A stretch of DNA of 64,000 bases from Marsupella aquatica (Eukaryota > Plantae > Marchantiophyta), in the NCBI GenBank assembly GCA_973895155.1, contig OZ316894.1, positions 14,585,680-14,649,679 of the forward strand, written 5' to 3'. Under the pieces are notes generated by a model. The model did no database searches and had not been told where the DNA came from. It saw nothing but the letters and a program-made list of their open reading frames with translations. Below are positions 13,401 to 25,510 of the stretch, one piece after another; the stretch's first letter is position 1, and each line of letters opens with the position of its first letter. A program made the translations under genes and the position numbers.

Positions 13401-16400
13401 CAGAGTATTCATCTAGCCACCAATCACTAAAGAAATCCATGTAATCCCAAGATTGTTAAGACATTCTGTGAGTATGCGGAATGTCCCTCACCAGCATTAA
13501 ACCAATGAACTACGGTAGAGTATCCTGACCTTTCTAGCCATAAATGAATATTGTCACTTCAGAAGACAGTTCAATTCTCGTCCCTATAAACCAGCCATAA
13601 TATATCCCTTTTGGACTGGTTAGGATCAACTTCCTGTCTAGATCTGAGGCAAGAAGCCATTCTGAATGATATTGAGTTTCCAATCATGCCTAAAAAGTTA
13701 GCCCCTCTGTTATCACGAAACCAGGATTATCTTGTTCTTTGCAACTTTCTGAACCCAAAACCCTGAATGGCTGCAGCCCTTGCGTACGCCTCGTTGTCAT
13801 CTGCCTCCTCTCACAATAACCAATTTGTTAACTGTTTTGCTGGTTTCGTTTCAACTATTACGAGTGGCCCGTAGATAGGAAATGTATCATCTCATGTTCT
13901 GTAGTTAGAATTCCACATTTCCCTGCTCAATGCCGTATTGTACTTTCCGCAGACGTTGATGGCGACCAGCAGCTCTACTTTGGACCCCCGACTGCTTGGA
14001 GACAGTGCGACTGCACGACAGCATGGTTTGGCCCGTCTGGTGTCGCTCAGATAGGGAGTTTAGGCAACCCTCGCATGTCTTTAGGATTGGTTTTTAAAAA
14101 CTAACTCTGAAAATGATAATTGTGGTGATGAGTTCTGTCTCCTGCACTGAACCAGAATCCAAAGTAATAGTTTCAATCCATGATCTGGATGCTTCTTACG
14201 ATGCGCTTCCCTTCAAGATCCGTTCGGCAGCAATAGGATTCCACTTCCCCGCAGTGGATAAGAGTTCCGACGATGGTCTATGGTGAACGAAATTGATTTC
14301 CATGTGCAGCGCTCTGGGGAAAATGCCCACTGCTTGAGTACTGATCGCCATGAGATGGTGAAGGAAGTGTGGCAAAATGTAGGTTGCTGGGTAGTATTTC
14401 ACATGGATGATTCGATCACGGCAACAAGAGTCAAAACAAACAAGAGAATTGTACAAAGCAGCACGTAGTTGAGTACATCACAAAGGCAGTTGATGCCACA
14501 ACACATAGCAAACGAGGCTAAGGTGGCTGAGATGGCAAACTTTCGCAGTCCCTCTGAGCATCCCCGTAGAAGCTTCCTACCTTGCACACTCGCTAACATG
14601 ACCAAACAACTGAACGAAGACAGCCCTGCTCAAGAACTCCACTCCGTTTTGCAGCAACCAAGAATCCTGGAAACGACTTCCTTTCGGTCCTTTTTTGTGC
14701 GAAGTAACAGGTTGTAGGAACATGTATCCCGGGTCAGACTAGTAAAACATTGGTACTAAAAATGTGGGCATCTTCATCTCAGGCTATGCTGATTACGGAC
14801 GTGAAGTTCTGAGCAGGGGGCTGCTTCATTTGGGTGAATACCTTGAGACGCTGCTTTTGGAATCACTGCGGATATTTGTTCCGTATCTCTGTGCTAGCTT
14901 CTTGCCAAGATGAAATTAATTACGTCGATGGAATGTTATGCATGAACAGAAATTAATCCAGATTGCTGATGTGATTCACCTAGCACGGAGGTGTAAAACT
15001 GACGGTCCTCTTGACTACAGTTTCACATTCGTTTCACACCGCTATGCAAGTGGTCATGGGAGATGGTCCAGCGTAACAAATCTAGACCACAGAGAAGTGA
15101 TGGCAGTCCAAATCAGACCCCTAAAACAGTGGCAGAGCAAGGGCAGTGAAGATTCGGGCTCTGCAAACAGCACTACGTGAAAAGATCTGGGTGAGAGGCG
15201 GTCCTTTTAGAAACCTAAAACGAATGATTCCCTCATTTCCAATGGTTCATTTTTGAGGACAGTCAATTAGATCTAATCTACATGCAGAGACACGAAATGA
15301 TGACAACAGAATTCAGCTTTCATGTATGCTACATTCTAAATTCTTTCACAGATTGCAACGACACAGGAAGTAGAAGACTTCTTTCACAGGTCGCCACGAG
15401 ACATGCAGAGAGCTAAGGAAGCGTTACCTTTTCAAAATTATGAAGAGCTTCCTCATTTCTCCCCAACGCTGCTTCTGCCTGGCACCATCAAAACAACTTC
15501 AACTTTGAGGGAGAGTTTCAAAGAAGGCATATAGACAAAAAACTTTAACCCAAAAAATAACCTTAAGCCAACAATACTTTACGGGCAACTACAGCACACT
15601 ATTTAAAAACTACTGTTGGCCTTTGGTGAAGGAATAATGGATTTTAGCACAAAAATCAGACTAACGTATCCTTTTCATCAAATTCACTCTCCGTTATCAT
15701 AGATCCCTAGTTTTCAGTGGATTCTAGGAGAGGAGAACGAAAGCGTATGGCAGTTTTATGGGCTCTAATTTTTCAGCAAGCAGATCTCCGAGTAAACACC
15801 CCAAGACAAGCTGTACTTATTCACGATATATCAAGGGAAACGTATCTGGTACGATACTTGGCAAGTCATGCTGAGGGACAAAGATTCAGCAGAAATCAGT
15901 GGGGAGTAGATTCAGATTAATTTAATTGCGACTTTTGGATTGCTTTCTTCTCTCCAGTGCTCCTGCTCTGCCACTAGTTAGGACAAGCCTTGTCCTCCTC
16001 TATGAACGACGCTGCATTTTGTACCTTTGCAGTTTCCACTAGGACATGTACATTGTTTGGAAATCGCTGCCCAAGATAGCTGAAATGCTCCAAACCCCCT
16101 GCGTATAGAAGGATAAAACTCAATAGCTGTCCAGATACCCAACCAAAGAGCATAACATCAGTTAAGAAACAGACCAGGTATGCCCAATGTGCCCCACTTC
16201 TCTGAGCGATCTGCGAAGCCTTTTACCTCAGAGAGGAGCATATATTAGCCAAGTCTATCAATTTGGGTGCTTTGTTTTTTCATGAAGGAAACCATCACAC
16301 ATATCCCAATCCAATTATCGAAAACAATTCTCAGTGAGTGGGAAGGAGCATTGTGTCGTGAGATTACAGTTCATTCAAATTCTAACCCAGCCTCTATCAT

Positions 16401-19400
16401 GTAATTTGGATGGGACGAGAGATCTGACTTGCAGAAAGCCTTTAGACGTATACATCCTCTGCTACCCAAGCTTGCTGTTATAATATTTAGAACGGTAAGT
16501 CTGGAAGAGCGTTAGGTTCCAATCAGACTTACGTCAACACTTACCTGACCTCGAGGCTACATAGCTGTACCACAGAGCATTGATGCTATACTTGGTTATG
16601 AGGCATAGTTTTGCCAATAGTTACATCGCCTGGTTAGCAGCTGGTTGGCCATTGTTCAGTAAGTGATGATAGTGGTAAGGTTCATTTATCTATAATCAAT
16701 TCCTAAGTTACACTTTAGGGGTTTCCATCATAAGGAAAAGCTTCAGCCGTTTTTATGAAGTGCCATTTGCTCATCCTCTTGGAACTTTTGCATCACAGCA
16801 TGCAACTAGCATAGTCATTCTTGTTGGATACCCTCTAATGAGGCAGCCTGTATGTAGTGACCAAAGCTCCTTTTCCATTCTTCATGTCTCCGGCGACCAA
16901 GGCCCCTCTAAGCTTCTGTTTTGCCTCGTGTGGCCAACTTGACTTCGAGCCACCAGTTCTTCTTGGTGACATGTTCGAGAAGCTCATCAACGGAATCCTC
17001 ACCTGCTCGTCCCAGGATAAACGATCTCTCAGCCCGAGGGCTTTTGTCCTACACACTGCATTTCTAGGGGCTGTCCCTAAGAACATTCAACGCTCTTCCA
17101 GCTTGCTTGGTGTTCTCACTCGCTAGTTCGTTACTGCTGCTAGATGGTCCCTCCCCCTCTCGTGAAACTGATACCGAGTTTAATAGGCCTCGAAGGTGTG
17201 CGAGCCCTGTCCTTACTATAAGATCTACTGCTCGTATAGAGTCTTGCCAGTGATCCTTTCAGAAATACTCTAGCAAATACACTTTCCCACAGAGTGGCGT
17301 GTTTGGCTTAGTGGTAAACTGATTTTTTTCTGGCAAAGAATCCATTTAATTTGCCAGACCCCATCTGTCTTTGAGGACTGTCCCAGTGGTTGAAGTTACA
17401 AATTTAGACACACGCCAGTCAAAAATATAGCATAACAAGCATCACTTTCTGCAATGGACGTAGTTGTTTCAAATATTGGACAGAAAAAGCAGAGAAAATA
17501 CGTCACAAATAGTTACCACTAAGATAACCTTTTCATTGTTCACCAGCTATATCAATCATGGTGCTGACTTCCGTTCTGAATTGTGCATTTATATTGACTA
17601 TTTGCAAGAGAAATGAATTTCAGACCGGATAAAACTAGCGGTTCACAATTTTAGGGCGGAGGTCACAGCATAACAATGAAACCGTCAAGTACCTTTGTAA
17701 TCATGGGATGCAACACTACAATATCCATCCGCAAGCCTCTGTAAAACAAAAATTGCGACAAACATAAAAAATCCAAAGGACGACCAGTCTCAGAATGCAA
17801 AACCTGGAGAACATGCGCCAATTGAGAAAGAGGAATACATCTCTAAACACAACAACAACGAACTGAAACTTATACTAGCACAAAGGTTAAGAATAAGAAT
17901 GAAGATACAAAAAGCATCCAATCCATGACATGCAACCATTAGTGCAAAGATAGAAAGCTCATTGCAACCTAATCGTCCCGCATCTACTTGACCAGATCAG
18001 GTGGGCATCGGTATTTAAAGTTCCAGAACAATGATTGAAACACTTTTGACAATCTGGCGAATTCTCGTCAATTTCATTCTGGGGCTTTCAAGGAGCTTGG
18101 AATGCCATTGGTATCAATATCAGGCTCTACCTGTAACCATCGAATAGGTTCAAAATGATCTGGAAGCCCTCGAGTACTTTTGATTTGGACCTGCAATAGT
18201 CCAAGAAAGGGCGATCAGGACCGTTCAAAGAAGTTTCTAATAAATTCCGTAAGTCGTAAACAAAATAGACCAAGAGATCATCCGTAGTGTACATCTAAAA
18301 AGCAGGGAAATATTTCTATCAACTCAGCAGGGATGAAGAATCATAGTTTTTATCAGGCTGGATTGTGGTCCTCCAAAGGAACAAACATCAATCACTTAAA
18401 ACCCCGTCGAGTAGTGTGGACTGCAGTGACCCCATTAGATGTGAGCAGGCTTATCATCTAATCAAGGAACATAAAAGTCACGTGCAACCTGAGGGAAAAA
18501 TGGATGCAATTCCTTCGCTGCAACACCCAGCTCAGCTAAAGCTACAACAGCTTCCAATAAATACGGACATTGCCTGTATACAAGGACAGTGTGAGAAATA
18601 GAAGAAACCCACAATCAAGGGACCAAAAATTTCACATTTTCCAACAATTCCTCCAAAACCGTCAAGACGTTTACGGTCTTTAGATGTAGACTGCTTACTG
18701 CTCTTTAACGCATATGTGCATCAAGGCTAGGTTCGGTAGGCTTCCATCGCTAATAAAATCTTATAGTTCATGGATACCGTCTGTTAATAACGGTGTGGAG
18801 AGTCTCTCCCTAAGTTGGCTACACTTTGCCATATGACTTGTAAGTAGTTTCCTTATATCACACTAGAAGAGACGATGCTAAGTGGACAATTACACAAGCA
18901 TGATCTGAATATTTAAAGCTAATGTCTGAGTTAATACGTGCATTATCTGATTGCTTATGCAAGAGGCTTTCTGAAATTCAGGATAAGATTGATGCCATAT
19001 ACCAGTCATAAGCCTCCCACCATAGAATGATCATACCTCAGACACTCGCGATAGGAAAGAGTGGCGGCCCGATCATATCCAGTTGTGCGGTACACCTTTG
19101 CAAGGGTTAAGTTGATTCGAAGAGTTCTGGATTTTGATGGAATCTGCTCCATCTGCATTATCACATGTAAGCCATGTCGTAACTTGTTCCACCATAATAA
19201 GAAATTTCTTACAAGAGATTATGACAGCTCTGTACTGAGTTCTATGTACGAGTGATCGCATGGGCTACCAGACAGAAGTTCCTTGTTGATAATGAGGTGA
19301 GGACATCAGAACATGTGACGTGCTTGCTTCTGATTACAAATTCTTGGTCAAGGTAGACATGTGAATTGGCTACTTGACGGCAACCTCGGAATATACCAAC

Positions 19401-21817
19401 AATATCTAAGCCTCTCCCCTCGCATGCGACAGCCACCATGGCATGACAACGTACAGCAGTAGAAAGTCACTAAGCAACCGCAGGTGACTCGATTCTCATA
19501 TCCAAAAAGAATTCACAGCATCACACGACTGCTACTTTGATAACGATCGGAGAAATGCAGGAGTTGCAAAAGAAGTTGGGACATGCAAAAAATCACTCCT
19601 GGAAGTGTATAGTGCAAACAGACGGCAGATATAAAGACTCGTTCGACATCCCCGTGCAAGAGGGTAGTGGGGAACCTCAGAGAGGGCGGAACGAGCATCG
19701 TTAACAGCCAGGTGGCATAATCCGATTTTGTACTTCACCTGCCACCAGAGCGAGTACAGTCAACTTGATCAGCTAGTTTCTTCACCTGCAGCAGAGCGAG
19801 TACAGTCAACTTGATCGGCTAGTTTCAAAATACCAGTAAAATATATATGTGCCATGAGACGAGAGATAAAACAATGCTAAACTCTCCATACTGTACGAAA
19901 CCAATCCAACATACAAAAAAATCTGGAGGAAATTCAGCTTAGTCCAAATATTTGACATGCGTCAGAAACAATGGGCAGATTAGGATTACTGAAACCAAGG
20001 ATCAGAAGAGACGAATTCTCTGGAAACCCAATAGTCACAATACACTGAGAGGTTCTTTGTCCTTAGTTATATTGACCATTTACGTTTAGTCTGAAACAAC
20101 AAACAGATCTAAATTGTTCACTCGAGGAACCGACGGCTCAGATCCAGATGTACCGCAAAGGCTCCTTCCCGATTAATTCACTTTAACAAGTTCAAATAAA
20201 TCTATCCAAGGGGCATCTTACAAGTGCCCCAAACCCAGAGTTACCAGTCAAGAAAATTTGGATTTCTCATTCGTACCAATGGATCTCAACCTTGATTCTT
20301 CTCACCAAGTCACGTAAGCTGTTATCCATGCTTTGAATTAGTCTTTGCTATACTTATCTCAGCTTTGCATTAGATATTTTCAGAAGTTGTTGTATTCCTT
20401 CATCGCATTTATTGTTATCAAGATACTTTGAGATACATTTAAAAGCATGCATTCAGAAATCCCTTTCAGAAGGGAAAAGGCAGGTGCAAAACAGCACTGC
20501 GTATGAGAGCTTTCGAATGAGCGCATGATTTCTGAATCCAAGAGCGGTACCTCACTGTCATTGACAATCATATTATTTAACGAAGGTATCCTACTGCCAA
20601 CTGAGACTGAAGCCCTTGCCCCACTGGCATTCTGCTTGGGAATTGCTTTGCACTGCTGAAGGGCCTGCCTGTATAAATTCTACAAAAACAAATGCATCAG
20701 AATCTGTCACTTCATGGGCTGCGATGGGATGAAAGGCGCCCGTAACGTTAAATTGTCTACAGTGACTTGTCGAATACTGCCATTGCACCTATTCACCATA
20801 TATCGAAAATACTTCAGCTATCATATGAATTAATTTTAGCAGTTTCTGAAAACCTTCCACCGATAAAATCCTTACCAGAGCTCTTTTGTACTCTTTTCTT
20901 CCATATACAGCATCTGCAAATAAAACCTGGAATAAAAAATTAGCACTGTAAATAATCACCCACTTGCGCGCGTCGTTTCTGGATGGTTTTTAAACTAATT
21001 CTATGATGCAGCTCAAATAAGCTTCTACTGAAAGACATTGAAGTTTTCACCAGCAGGCGTGCTTCTGTGCAGGAAGACGTTCCTCGGACTAAACTTTGTT
21101 CAACTCTTCTGACAATCGGCCGACATACCAGATTTTCTGCTTTCACGCTCGGAGGCAAATCATTATTGGATGTTGTTGCAGACATTAGGAAACAACCCTG
21201 ATCCACCAAGAATGCAACAGAATAAAAGACAATGACAGCAGTAAGGCATCCTTAAGCAAAACAAGTATAGCAGGTACATATTCAATCATAACCAATTCCA
21301 GGGGAAAATTGAGAGAATAGAACATAACATATCTGAACACAGACACGTAACTAATTTTCTAGGAGCAGAAAGCCATGATGACATTTTGTAGGTGCAAAGA
21401 TACCTGTATTTCAACTTAAAATTTCATTTAAAAAATCCCATAAACATCTTTCTAAACAGAGTTCTTTGCTCACAAGATCATAGACAAGTGTTCACACATG
21501 GGAGTGATGTACGCGACAGTCGGAGTAATGATAGTCTACAACTGAGCAAATAGCTTTAAATGTGGTATGTTACACTCCAACCACCACTCTTTTTCAGAGG
21601 TAAGAAAAGTCAAGATGGAATCCACAGAAACTACGAGAATAATGCTACATTTTGAACTATCAAGCTTGTAGGGTTTACAAAACATTATGATACTTTTGCT
21701 GTACACAAGGAGTATTATATTGGGAAGTAGATCAACTCGAGAGATTACCAACATCTCGGCAGAGTCATTTAGCCCCTCTCCTAGTAGAAAAGTCATCTGC
21801 TCCCTTAACACTTCCAT
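10434..21817 (-). CDS. APC7: Anaphase-promoting complex subunit 7 (TPR protein), 18 coding exons, 558 aa
   Basis: GT-AG exons 21817-21749, 21197-21129, 20926-20876, 20679-20551, 19738-19676, 19152-19037, 18573-18489, 18190-18131, 17738-17693, 16098-16025, 15478-15428, 13109-12906, 12670-12626, 12181-12088, 11925-11780, 11502-11273, 10930-10870, 10517-10434 join into a 1677-nt open frame: MEVLREQM..SAEML GCFL..RFPNNVH..MDEYAM..KFYESALRLEPG..NEAAKKGLERLEKQMKGVDPDA, then an acidic tail. Confidence 0.95.
13191..13224. repeat. Interstitial telomeric repeat with an inverted junction, in an APC7 intron
   Basis: (TTTAGGG)3 followed by TT and AAACCCTAAAC. Confidence 0.8.
19733..19825. repeat. 47-bp tandem duplication of the APC7 intron 4/exon 5 acceptor region
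   Basis: CTTCACCTGC..CAGAGCGAGTACAGTCAACTTGATC.GCTAGTTT occurs twice. Confidence 0.85.
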
Positions 21818-23285
21818 CGCTAAGGGCCAAGAGACTGTACCTATGAGAAATTAGCTATCAAAAACGTTTTAAAGAGGAAGCTTCACGTTGTGGAAGGCAC
21901 GCTGCAGGACAAATGAAAGAATTGTTATATCGGGCAGGTTTGAATCTCCCGAATGTGATGGAAATGAGCACCTAATTCCGGAGTACTACAAATTTAGGGA
22001 AAGGTAAATTTAACCTCATGAGGCCGCAATACTCTGTCGAGTTTTAGAGCACATACATCATAAGAAATTGCTATAAGCTACTTTCCACTTCGGTCACTTA
22101 GGTGGCAGAATTCAAATTCCTTGCACCTTTGAGTTAACTATGTAAAAACCTTCATACTGACAGCAAAATGTCTTACAAACAAAATCTCTCACCTTCTGAG
22201 ATTTTGCATTCATCAAATCGATGGACTATAACGTGAACAATGCTATTATACGGGTTTCAAACTTAACATGCAACACTGCTTCCAATACAAAAACGACCAC
22301 CTCAAACGTCGGTACTGGTGATAGAACTTGGCAGGTTCCCGTGGCAATACAAGCATTGCCATGGCTTGTCGCATTCTTGCAACGTATCCAAGATGCTTAC
22401 GATTACCAGAAAACATGATCATCGCTAAAACCTTCACCGTAAGAGAAAAGAAAGGCTTGAAGAAGACCACGGGAATTCGTTTTCTTTGAAACCATTGGCT
22501 AAGCAAGTAGACCTTGTATGCTTGACAGCGACAAGAAGAGCTGCAAACGAACCCTCCCTGGCAAAATACTTCAAATTCTCTTGGCACTAGACTCTACTGT
22601 TTGTTGATAACATCACAGGTGGACAATTACTACCTCAGGGAGTTGTGCCTTGATGGATGCTTTCCTTGAAATAGAGAACTATTCGTCCAGAACCTTCACA
22701 CAATCTCCAACCGGCAGGCCCTTCTGTATTGATGTGACGGCACCTTGTTTTATCTTCGCGTGGTCATCTGTGATATTTTTGTTCAATGTTTTCTCCGAAC
22801 AAAGCCTGTCCAAAAACTCCGAAAATGATTCAAGGACACTTTCTAAGATTAAAATGAAATCAGTGGTAACTTACAGTAGGTGTTCATTGAATATCCGCAC
22901 TGAACGTCACTACGGAGGAGGAGTGAGGAAGGACTAACCCCACCGGACTTGTGCACTACTCCTTTATTTATACTTCAAGTAGCGACAAACTCGTGTTCAG
23001 CGTGAACTTTCTTCTCGATGGTGTCAATAGGGCCTCCGATCGATTCAGCGTTGAACCAACTCCTCCATGTTATAGGACTTTTTTTCTTCCGGAAAGGCGC
23101 ATCACTTTGCATTACTCCTCCATCTCTAAAGTCGGGTCTTCAAACTCTCGGGAAGTCACCGTCGACCCCCATACTCCAGGCGACATAATAATAAATCAAG
23201 AGAGAAATCTGGAGGAAAGTCGGGAAAGCCTGCGTAAGTTTAGACCATTATCAAAGCTTCCCATGGATCAATACGTTTGACAAGA

Positions 23286-23411
23286 TGCTTGGATGGAACC
23301 CGGAAAGACTAGATCAACCCCACGTTCGGAGCCCGTGAGAAGACCTGTTGCTTGGATGGAACCTGGAAAGACGAGGTCAACCCCACGTTCGGAGCCCGTG
23401 AGAAGACCTGT
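23286..23411. repeat. 63-bp tandem duplication upstream of APC7
   Basis: Copies at 23286-23348 and 23349-23411, 3 mismatches. Confidence 0.9.
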
Positions 23412-24003
23412 TCACGAAAGTGATTTGGTTTCAGGCATGTTCTTTTTGGCTCACATCTCAACCAGTATGTGGGTCCAGCTGGGATTTGCTACCACCATGC
23501 ATGTCTATCATTGTTTAAGTATCCTCTCCATTAGAACATTGCCTTATCACAACACTGCCCACAACATTGCCAAAAGAATTACATAGAAATTCATTTATTT
23601 ATTTATTTATTTATTTTTAATGTGTCAAGTGAACAGTTGCAACCCTTCAATTAATAAATTTTTGATTCATAGAAAGAGTAAGTCAGGTTTCATTTACTTA
23701 TTCTCTCTTTCCCACATTGATTGATTGATCTTCAGCATCTTCCTATGCAAATCAAGGTATGCCCATCAATAATCTTCCAAATGTCTAAAAATTATGGATG
23801 TTGATTGAACATATCATGATGTATGTGTGCCTTGCTCAGTCTAGAAAATATGACTGACTTGATTTTGAATTTGTTTATTGACTTCATTATTGTTTATGTG
23901 GGAGTTGAGAGACAAATGTGGCTTGATTGGTCCTGAACCTTTGGCGGTTATGACTGGATTGACTAACAATGCTCATGGTGGGATATTGGTTGGTATTTTG
24001 CAG

Positions 24004-24111
24004 AGCTTCTCAATTTGCTGAGGTTGTTGATAATATTAGAGATGTTGCTAACAAGATTACATCTCATCGAAAGCTATTTGTGGGGAGACTTCTTCACAAG
24101 CTTTGTGTGAT
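24004..24111 (+). pseudogene. Captured exon fragment of a UBP1-associated protein 2 (UBA2)-like RRM gene
   Basis: Bounded by CAG| and |GTGAGT. Translates ASQFAEVVDNIRDVANKITSHRKLFV, then after a deletion/frameshift ETSSQALCD, matching the UBA2 RRM1 start HRKLFVRGLAWETTS. Confidence 0.65.
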
Positions 24112-25240
24112 GTGAGTGTAATTATGGATTGCCTGCCTAAATAGGTGTTAATAAACATTGTTTGAGAGTGGACCAAAAATGAACAATTCTTTCTTTTGTT
24201 GGTCTGAATTTTGGAGATTTGAGGGCTAGTTTCAATTGGATTCGTACCCTCGCATTTTCTTCAGGTTCTACCAATAAGAAAAGTATCTTTGCACTAGTCA
24301 TGCTTCCCTAGAATATACCTTTATTCTCACTATGAGGCCCCTCAAGAAAGAACTCATTTTTGTTGGCTGCATGCTTTGGGCAGGGATATTAATTAGGGCG
24401 TGGGAAGATGTGAGGGTTTAGATGAAATAAATGTTCTAGATGAGGAGAATACCCTTCTATTAATAGATGTTTGCACCTCTCAGGAAATTATGAATCAAAA
24501 ATGTCACAACTTAAGGCATTCTGATACACACATCCGCAAGGGTCGGTGTATTGTTTGACCCCAATTGTGACCTTAACATCAATAAATTGCAAACTGTTGT
24601 CATTTCAAATAAAATTATCATTTCTATCAGCTGGACTCTACAATTGGCATTACTTGTTTTGTGGGTACAAATAACATTTGAGGAAGGTGAGTATTGGGAT
24701 TAATTTAGGGTTAAGATGGGACAACATTTCCTGGATGGCCATAATCATAAAGGTTAGCAAAGTAATTTCATTGTTAATTTACACTCAGGCTGTGTGGTAT
24801 ATTGTAGACTATCTTTCAACTTTTGCTTTACAATTTGATTGGCATTTTGGGCTTTGTTTGCCTATTGTGCCCCCCTTCCAAAATAGTAATTATTTTTTTC
24901 TAAATATTTGCAAAAGGCCTGAACAAAGGAGTCAAGATATGGTTGGGTTTTAGTCAACCCACCATTTCTTTGTTAACATGTTTTAGACAAACCCATACTA
25001 TCCAACTGCTCACCTGGCCTCCTTAATTTGTGTGTGAGGGCTCTTCCCATCTTTGCTAGCCTACTACCGCCATCCAATTCAACCATAAAAGAGCTTTGGA
25101 CGAAAGTTTTCTCTAACCTGCTCCCCAAACTGATATACACAAATAATATCCAGAACCAACATTGTACATCTATGGGGGCTTTTCTTCAGGGTTCCAAGAA
25201 CACTAGAGAAAATTAGACTCCATATTCCTATATATAACAT

Positions 25241-25510
25241 TGACAAGATGCTTAGATGGGCTCACAAAACCAGATTATCAGGGTTCTATGATTCCATAGG
25301 GGCATCTTGTCAACCTTTGTGTCTATGAGTGATAATCCACTCATCAAACTATGCTCTTTAACACAATTTATAATTTCTATACTTACTTTTGACAAGATGC
25401 TTACATGGACTCATAGCACCAAATTTTCCCTGTGCTGCGATTCCATGGGGGCATGTTGTCAAACCTTTGTGTCGATGGGTGATAATACACACATCAAACT
25501 ATGCTCCATA
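25241..25510. repeat. Two diverged ~150-bp direct repeats, each with an internal inverted motif
   Basis: Units start TGACAAGATGCTTA at 25241 and 25390. Each contains CAT(C/G)TTGTCA and ..CATCAAACTATGCTC. Confidence 0.7.

Noticed and set aside
13230-23280. Many 60-113-aa ORFs within APC7 introns and the 5' region
   Set aside because: No recognisable domains. They are intronic/UTR sequence, or partial overlaps with real exons.
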